A stretch of DNA of 64,000 nucleotides from positions 22,141 to 86,140 of the forward strand of contig CALKCP010000001.1 in NCBI GenBank assembly GCA_938083445.1, read 5' to 3'. Source of the stretch: an uncultured Ulvibacter sp. (GTDB taxonomy: Bacteria > Bacteroidota > Bacteroidia > Flavobacteriales > Flavobacteriaceae). Position 1 is the stretch's first letter, and every line of letters starts with the position of its first letter. The notes under the pieces were generated by a model that saw only the letters and a program-made list of their open reading frames with translations, did no database searches and was not told where the DNA came from. The translations under genes were made by a program, and so were the position numbers. Positions 57,913 to 64,000 of this stretch are shown piece by piece.

Positions 57913-59970
57913 TTATTTTCCGTCCATTTTATCTTTAAGAGCTTGAAGCGCTGCATTGGCATCACCTAAAGTAGGCTTAGAATCCTCTGCTTGTGCCGCT
58001 TGTTTTTTAGCAGCTTGCTTTACAATTTTAGCTTCTTCTTCCTTATGAATAGCCATGTGAGATGCAACTATTTTCTTGAATTCTTTGTTGAACTCAATAA
58101 TTTGAAATACTGCTTCTTCACCTTTCTTAAGATGTTTTCCATCCTCTTTCTCTAAGTGACGTGATGGGACAAAAGCTGTTATATCTTCATTGAAGTTAAT
58201 GATAGCTCCTTTATCAACAATCTCATCAATACTAGCCGTGTGCTTGCTACCTAAACCAAACTCAGCTTCGTATTTATCCCAAGGATTTTCCATTGTTTGC
58301 TTGTGACCTAAACTCAATTTACGTCCTTCAACATCCAACTCCAACACAAGCACCTCTAAGGTTTCTGCTATGCTCGTAAATTCACTTGGGTGTTTCACTT
58401 TCTTAGTCCAAGAAAGATCACTTATGTAAATAAGCCCGTCAATTCCTTCTTCTAGCTCAACGAATACACCAAAGTTAGTAAAGTTACGAACGATACCTTT
58501 ATGTTTCGAACCAACTGGATATTTCTTAGTGATATCAGTCCAAGGGTCTGGTGTCATTTGTTTGATACCAAGAGACATTTTTCGCTCTTCGCGATCCATC
58601 GTCAATACTACCGCTTCAACTGTATCTCCAACATTTACGAAATCTTGAGCACTACGCAAGTGCGTAGACCAAGACATTTCACTAACGTGGATAAGGCCCT
58701 CAACACCTTCAGCAACTTCGATAAATGCACCGTAGTCTGCAATAACAACTACTCTACCATTCACTTTATCACCCACTTTAAGCTCTTCACCTAAAGCATC
58801 CCAAGGGTGAGCACTCAATTGCTTAAGACCTAACTGAATACGTGTCTTATCTTCATCGAAATCAAGAATAACAACGTTCAGTTTTTGATCTAATTCAACT
58901 ATTTCATTCGGATGGTTGATACGAGACCAAGAAAGGTCTGTAATATGCACCAATCCGTCAACACCACCTAGATCAACAAACACACCATAAGAAGTAATAT
59001 TTTTAACAATACCTTCTAATACTTGTCCTTTTTCTAATTGGCCAATGATTTCTTTCTTTTGTTCTTCGATATCCGCTTCAATTAGCGCTTTATGCGATAC
59101 AACAACATTTTTGAACTCGTGGTTTATTTTCACCACTTTGAATTCCATTGTTTTACCAACGTATATATCGTAATCACGTATTGGCTTCACATCTATTTGT
59201 GAACCTGGAAGGAATGCTTCGATTCCAAACACATCTACGATCATACCACCTTTTGTTCTACACTTAACAAAACCATTAACAATCGTAGCTTCATCATGTG
59301 CTGTATTTACGCGCTCCCAAGCTTTAATTGTTCTTGCTTTACGGTGAGAAAGGATTAATTGTCCCGTACTATCTTCACGCACATCAATAAGAACCTCAAC
59401 GGTATCTCCAACTTTAAGATCTGGATTATAACGGAATTCATTTAATGATACGACACCTTCACTTTTTGCATTGATATCAATAATGGCGTCACGATCGGTA
59501 AGAAATACTACTTTCCCATCAACTACTTCATCATTTAATGTGTCAACAAAATTTTCAGTAACTAATTTTTCAAACTCTTCTAACTTACCATCATCAACAG
59601 GATCAATTCCTTCTTCGTAGTTATGCCAGTTAAAATCTGTTAAGAATTTTTCAGGATCTCTTTCTTTAAGAGAAAGCTCTTTAACTGGTTCTGCAGTTAC
59701 CTCAACCTCGGTAGCTACTTCTTCCACAGTCGCCTCAACGGCTACTTCTTCCACTTGAGCAGTTGCATCTACAGCTACTTCTTCCACTTCCGCAGTCGCC
59801 TCAACGGCTACTTCTTCCACTTGAGCAGTTGCCTCTACAGCTACTTCTTCCGCTTTTTCTTTTGCTTTTACTTTTTTAGCAGCAGGTTTCTTCTTTGCTA
59901 CTGTTTCTTTTTTTGTTGCCGTTGCAGTTTTCTTGTCTACTACAGCATCTTTTTTTGCTTTATCAGCCAT
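57913..59970 (-). CDS. rpsA: 30S ribosomal protein bS1 with long low-complexity N-terminal extension
   Basis: Repeated S1 domains (FLPGSQID, GVDGLVHITDLSW, GVEGLIHVSEMSW); ends DANAALQALKDKMDGK. Confidence 0.97.
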   Translation of the reverse strand: MADKAKKDAVVDKKTATATKKETVAKKKPAAKKVKAKEKAEEVAVEATAQVEEVAVEATAEVEEVAVDATAQVEEVAVEATVEEVATEVEVTAEPVKELSLKERDPEKFLTDFNWHNYEEGIDPVDDGKLEEFEKLVTENFVDTLNDEVVDGKVVFLTDRDAIIDINAKSEGVVSLNEFRYNPDLKVGDTVEVLIDVREDSTGQLILSHRKARTIKAWERVNTAHDEATIVNGFVKCRTKGGMIVDVFGIEAFLPGSQIDVKPIRDYDIYVGKTMEFKVVKINHEFKNVVVSHKALIEADIEEQKKEIIGQLEKGQVLEGIVKNITSYGVFVDLGGVDGLVHITDLSWSRINHPNEIVELDQKLNVVILDFDEDKTRIQLGLKQLSAHPWDALGEELKVGDKVNGRVVVIADYGAFIEVAEGVEGLIHVSEMSWSTHLRSAQDFVNVGDTVEAVVLTMDREERKMSLGIKQMTPDPWTDITKKYPVGSKHKGIVRNFTNFGVFVELEEGIDGLIYISDLSWTKKVKHPSEFTSIAETLEVLVLELDVEGRKLSLGHKQTMENPWDKYEAEFGLGSKHTASIDEIVDKGAIINFNEDITAFVPSRHLEKEDGKHLKKGEEAVFQIIEFNKEFKKIVASHMAIHKEEEAKIVKQAAKKQAAQAEDSKPTLGDANAALQALKDKMDGK
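59714..59851 (-). repeat. In-frame tandem repeat (27/33-bp units, EEVAVEATA(Q/E)V) inside rpsA
   Basis: GCTACTTCTTCC recurs at 59714, 59741, 59774, 59807 and 59840. Confidence 0.95.
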
Positions 59971-60124
59971 TAGATATCATTTATGATTTTTCCGAAATAC
60001 ATCTTCAAAATCAAACTTTTGTATCCTGTGTTGTTACTGGATTTTACTGCAACTAGCCCACAGAAGGGTTTTTATAGTTTTATCTTCAGTCCCCTTTAAT
60101 CCAGTCTCGTTGCTAAAAGGGGTG

Positions 60125-60132
60125 CAAAAATA
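60125..60132 (-). promoter_or_regulatory. -7 promoter element for rpsA, giving a leader of about 150 nt
   Basis: TATTTTTG on the minus strand. Confidence 0.7.
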
Positions 60133-60563
60133 ACAGTTATTTTTCTAATTTCAAAAGGATTAGAGGACATAAACACAAAAGAAAATTCAAAATTTACACA
60201 ACTAACGAACAACTTTTAAAAAATGTTTTTCACAAAATCAAACTCTGAGTAGTTTAAAACACATGCTGCCTAAAAAACCAGTGCTCATTCTAACCCTAAA
60301 TATCCTAAGCCTGAATCTCGGTAACACTAGTAAATACATGGTGTTAAAGGATACTATACGACATCAAGACATTTTATGCTTTGTGAAAAAAGTGGTAACA
60401 GGCTTTCTGTAGAATATGATTCTCAACAAATTAGAAGGATCGAAACTGATCTTTTGTAATGGAACAAACGAAGCTGTATTTCATTTTTTAAAAGTTAATT
60501 AAATCAAAAGATTCAAGTGCTTATATTTTATATCTTTAAGATTCAATTCAAACACCCGTAAAA

Positions 60564-61991
60564 ATGAAATATATTCTATTCTTATTAGCAACGATTATTG
60601 GCACTTCAATTTCTGCTCAGGATCTTTCAGAAAACAAACGACATATTTTAAAATCGGTCGAAAAGCATGAAGCCAAACTTATTGAGATTAGCGATGCAAT
60701 CTGGGCAAGTGCCGAAATCGCTTTTGAAGAAAATCAGTCATCCGATTTATTAGCAGATTATGCAGAAGAGAACGGGTTTAAAGTTGATCGAGGTGTTGCA
60801 GGAATGCCGACTGCATTTGTTGCAACCTATGGAAGCGGAAAACCTGTGATCAGTGTTTTAGGCGAGTTTGATGCCTTGCCGGGCATTTCGCAGAAAGCAG
60901 TGCCTACAAAATCCCCTTTAAAGATAGGTGCTGCCGGTCATGGGTGTGGTCATAATCTTTTTGGCGCTGCAAGTCTTGGGTCTGCAATTGCTGTTAAGGA
61001 ATTAATAGAAAAGGGTAATATTGAAGGAACTATTAAGTTTTTAGGCACGCCCGCCGAAGAAAAATTCTTTGGAAAACTTTGGATGGCTGAAGCAGGACTA
61101 TGGGATGATGTTGACGTTAATATGAGTTGGCATCCTGCCGCCGAGATGAAAGCAGATGTGCAAAGTTCGTTGGCATTAGTAGATTTTATTGTTGAGTTTT
61201 ATGGGCAAGCCGCTCACGCTTCTGCAGACCCATGGAACGGCAGAAGCGCCAGTGACGCATTAGAGTTATATACCACAGGAATTAATTACTATCGGGAACA
61301 TATACAACCAACTGTTCGAATGCATTATCATATACAAGATGGAGGGCAGGTCGTAAACGTGGTTCCTGATTATAGTAAATTATGGGTCCGAGTAAGAAAT
61401 ACAGATCGAAAAGGAATGATGCCTGTCTATGAACAGGTTATGAAAATGGCCGAAGGCGCTGCAATTATGGCAAATGTCGAGTACAAGGTTTCTCTGGTCT
61501 CTGGACTATATGAAGTATTAGTTAATCGCCGAGGAGGTGAGATAATGCAGCAGAATCTTGAACTTTTAGGACCCATAGAATATTCTGAAGAGGAAGTTGC
61601 ATTCGGAAAGATGATTCAAGAGGAAACAGGGAAACCACAGGTTGGAATGGATAGTGAAATCAAACCATTAGAAGCTACAAAAGAACATCCAGGAGGCGGT
61701 TCGACCGATGTTGGTGATGTTAGCTGGAATGTAGCCAATATTAATTTAGGGGTAACAACAGCTCCAAAAGATACGCCATGGCATTCATGGGCTGTCGTTG
61801 CTTGTGGAGGCATGTCGATAGGACACAAAGGGATGACTTACGCTTCAAAGGCATTGGCCTTTACAATGATAGATCTATTTGAAGACCCAGAAAAGGTAGA
61901 AGAAGTTAAAGCTGAATACAAGGAACGAAAAGGAGATCATATATACAAGGCAATGATTCCTGAAGGCCCCCCTCCAATAGGTAGTAATTAG
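60564..61991 (+). CDS. M20 family amidohydrolase (AbgB-like) with signal peptide
   Basis: EIAFEE, GEFDALPG, HGCGHN, GTPAEE, GGSTDVGDVSW. Confidence 0.9.
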   Translation: MKYILFLLATIIGTSISAQDLSENKRHILKSVEKHEAKLIEISDAIWASAEIAFEENQSSDLLADYAEENGFKVDRGVAGMPTAFVATYGSGKPVISVLGEFDALPGISQKAVPTKSPLKIGAAGHGCGHNLFGAASLGSAIAVKELIEKGNIEGTIKFLGTPAEEKFFGKLWMAEAGLWDDVDVNMSWHPAAEMKADVQSSLALVDFIVEFYGQAAHASADPWNGRSASDALELYTTGINYYREHIQPTVRMHYHIQDGGQVVNVVPDYSKLWVRVRNTDRKGMMPVYEQVMKMAEGAAIMANVEYKVSLVSGLYEVLVNRRGGEIMQQNLELLGPIEYSEEEVAFGKMIQEETGKPQVGMDSEIKPLEATKEHPGGGSTDVGDVSWNVANINLGVTTAPKDTPWHSWAVVACGGMSIGHKGMTYASKALAFTMIDLFEDPEKVEEVKAEYKERKGDHIYKAMIPEGPPPIGSN

Positions 61992-62051
61992 CCCATGCAG
62001 CTGCCTAAGCAACCTATCTTCTATAGCATTCATTCATGGCTGTAAGCAAAT

Positions 62052-62075
62052 AGCAGGAAGGATAATCTTCTTGCT
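62052..62075. terminator. Probable terminator between convergent genes
   Basis: AGCAGGAAG-GATAAT-CTTCTTGCT (one G-U pair). Confidence 0.55.
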
Positions 62076-62092
62076 GAAATTTTATAATAAAA

Positions 62093-62788
62093 CTACAATC
62101 TCCCGGCTATTCTATCTTTAGCCAGTTGTAAGATGATATGAAATTGATCCTCTAGGTTCATTTCACTATTGTCAATTTCGATTGCGTCCCCCGCTTTAAC
62201 CAATGGTGAGTCTTCACGTGTTGTATCTATATGATCTCGCTCTCGAACATTCTCAAGTACTTCAGTATAGGTTACGTTATCTCCGTGAGCTATTAATTCG
62301 TCATAGCGTCGTCTGGCTCGCTTATCGGCAGAGGCGTTCATGAAAATTTTTAATTCCGCGCCTGGAAATACGACAGTCCCTATATCACGACCATCCATAA
62401 CAACACCTTTACCTTCACCCATTTGTTGCTGCTGTTCTACTAATTTTACTCTTACCGAAGAAATGGTCGCGACTGAGCTTACTAGTTCGGAGACTGTCAT
62501 CAAACGAATTTCTCTCTCGACATTTTCACCATTAAGGTACATCTCGGCTTTACTACTTGAGTTTTCTTTTTTAAAGCTCAGGCTAATTTCATCTAAGCAT
62601 TCTTCCAATTTCCTCTTGTTAAAAACTGTAGTTGAAATATGCCCCTTTCGCATAGCATATAAGGTAACCGCGCGATACATGGCTCCGCTGTCTACGAACA
62701 CATATCCTAGCCAATCTGCCAATTGTTTGGCAACTGTACTTTTTCCTGTAGAAGAAAAACCGTCAATCGCAATCGTAATTTTACCCAT
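62093..62788 (-). CDS. cmk: Cytidylate kinase
   Basis: IDGFSSTGKST, DSGAMYR, MDGRDIGTVVFP, RDHIDTTREDSPL. Confidence 0.96.
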   Translation of the reverse strand: MGKITIAIDGFSSTGKSTVAKQLADWLGYVFVDSGAMYRAVTLYAMRKGHISTTVFNKRKLEECLDEISLSFKKENSSSKAEMYLNGENVEREIRLMTVSELVSSVATISSVRVKLVEQQQQMGEGKGVVMDGRDIGTVVFPGAELKIFMNASADKRARRRYDELIAHGDNVTYTEVLENVRERDHIDTTREDSPLVKAGDAIEIDNSEMNLEDQFHIILQLAKDRIAGRL

Positions 62789-63810
62789 TATTGTAAATCT
62801 ATATTAATACCGAAAAAACTCGAAGTCGCCGCTGAACTAAATTTTGAATACGAGTAACTTAAACGAAGGTAATTGAACTTCACTGAAAACCCTGCACTAA
62901 GTCCTGCAAAAGCTCTTTTCTCTATGATTCTAAGTTCTTCAGCCCTTCTTAGATTATAACCCAATCGCAGGTTAAAACCGCTTTCTGGAAATATCTCTAT
63001 TCCGATAATCATATGCCTAAATGCATTATCAATAAAATTGATTTTTTCACTAGTAGCATTTCCTTCAAGATCAATTTCATCTCGATTTGGGTTTGCAAAC
63101 GCTATATTCCACTGTTGCATATTTTCCAAAGTGAAATGCCATCGAATGGGAACATTTTCTAGTGTTTGGGATATTCCAAAGATGAGTTCAAAGGGCAGTT
63201 TTTCAAGTACCGTATCATAGGGTGTTAACTGAGTACCAATATTACGGGCAACTCCAGTTACATGCAAATCCCAATCCTCGTACAAATACATCACTCCGAG
63301 ATCAAGGGCAACTCCAAAAGATGCGTAGGACTCTAAAGTAGAGGATATAAATTTTAAATTTCCTCCAATATGAAAATTAGTAAATGCTACATTACGAGCA
63401 TGGCCAAAAGAAAGAGCGACCTCACTCCCACTGAAACTATCAGTTGGATCTCCCATTTCATCGTAACCCGCAAATTGACCATAGTTCACATAAGTGATCC
63501 CTGTATGAAGCACTTGGGTTCTTCTGTCCCATAAATAGGCATAGGAAGCAGATCCGTAATTTACATCCCCGATATAGTTTACATAATTAAGCGAGAGTTG
63601 ATTGTCCATTTTTGCATTAATTGTTGCAGGATTGAACAATGCCTGTGTAGGGTCGTAATCGTAGTTCGTTACCACCTTTCCACCCAATGCTGCTTGCCTT
63701 GGAGAGTTCACTAGGTTTAGAAATTGATATGTAGAGCGTCCACCTATCTGAGCCGTCAACACTGTGACGAATAATAATGAGGTCAATAAAAATAAAACCT
63801 TTTGGTTCAT
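62788..63810 (-). CDS. porQ: Type IX secretion system protein PorQ
   Basis: YQFLNLVNSPRQAALGG, FNPATI, LRLGYNLRR; adjacent to cmk; ATG at 63810 preferred. Confidence 0.88.
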   Translation of the reverse strand: MNQKVLFLLTSLLFVTVLTAQIGGRSTYQFLNLVNSPRQAALGGKVVTNYDYDPTQALFNPATINAKMDNQLSLNYVNYIGDVNYGSASYAYLWDRRTQVLHTGITYVNYGQFAGYDEMGDPTDSFSGSEVALSFGHARNVAFTNFHIGGNLKFISSTLESYASFGVALDLGVMYLYEDWDLHVTGVARNIGTQLTPYDTVLEKLPFELIFGISQTLENVPIRWHFTLENMQQWNIAFANPNRDEIDLEGNATSEKINFIDNAFRHMIIGIEIFPESGFNLRLGYNLRRAEELRIIEKRAFAGLSAGFSVKFNYLRLSYSYSKFSSAATSSFFGINIDLQ

Positions 63811-63937
63811 TGGGACGTTATACCTTTTCCTGAGTTTAAACGAATGCAAGTATAATTTATTTTCGGCTTACTAAAAAGTCTTTAGTATTTTGTATTCAAT
63901 AAAGGATTTACTTTATCAAATAGCCAAACAATAATTG

Positions 63938-63968
63938 AAGTAGGCCCTTCAAAATGAAGAGCCTACTT
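63938..63968. terminator. Hairpin, probable terminator of a gene outside the window
   Basis: AGTAGGCCCTTCA-AAA-TGAAGAGCCTACT. Confidence 0.55.
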
Positions 63969-64000
63969 ACTATTAAAAGAGTTATAACTTTTTGGCATTC

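Noticed and set aside
60263-60412. 49-codon ORF in the rpsA-amidohydrolase spacer
   Set aside because: No recognisable homology or clear initiation context; could be chance or a remnant
1219-63220. Numerous 60-155 aa ORFs antisense or out of frame within long genes (for example 3285-3692, 25406-25870, 27143-27607, 62340-62807)
   Set aside because: They are shadows of well-supported CDS with no recognisable motifs
63982-64000. Possible 3' end of a minus-strand gene (...NAKKL*)
   Set aside because: Only about 6 codons are visible, too short to support
1-64000. CRISPR arrays, IS elements, prophage or defence islands
   Set aside because: No regularly spaced repeats, transposase, integrase or defence-type genes were seen; the only tandem repeat is inside rpsA

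Overview
This is an AT-rich core-genome segment of a Flavobacteriaceae (Bacteroidota) bacterium. The assignment is inferred from T9SS genes (porQ, a CTD cargo), TAnnTTTG promoters and a gene order I recall as typical of the family. It carries about 55 mostly housekeeping CDS: envelope (lptD-like, tamB, MlaD/MCE, amidase, kdsB), translation and RNA modification (tsaD, rsmE, rsmD, miaE, rnz, rpsA), replication and proteostasis (gyrA, dnaX, clpC) and metabolism (thrA, gcvT, hutH, nnr, ppk1/ppx, pdxH, pyrR/pyrB, cmk). It also has three tRNAs and RNase P RNA. I saw no mobile element, CRISPR array or prophage. The most notable signals are non-standard decoding and gene decay. (1) dnaX is split at an A10 run, so full-length tau needs a -1 shift or +1 A slippage. 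(2) tamB and a YdjM-like hydrolase both appear to need an ATC start, and both share the context AA(A/T)AGCGT-ATC. (3) A decayed thrB fragment follows thrA, and thrC is missing from the locus. (4) rpsA has an internally repeated N-terminal extension and a structured leader. (5) A split FadF/EMO-like Fe-S oxidoreductase has a HAD phosphatase gene between its halves. All family calls come from motif recognition; no database search was run.
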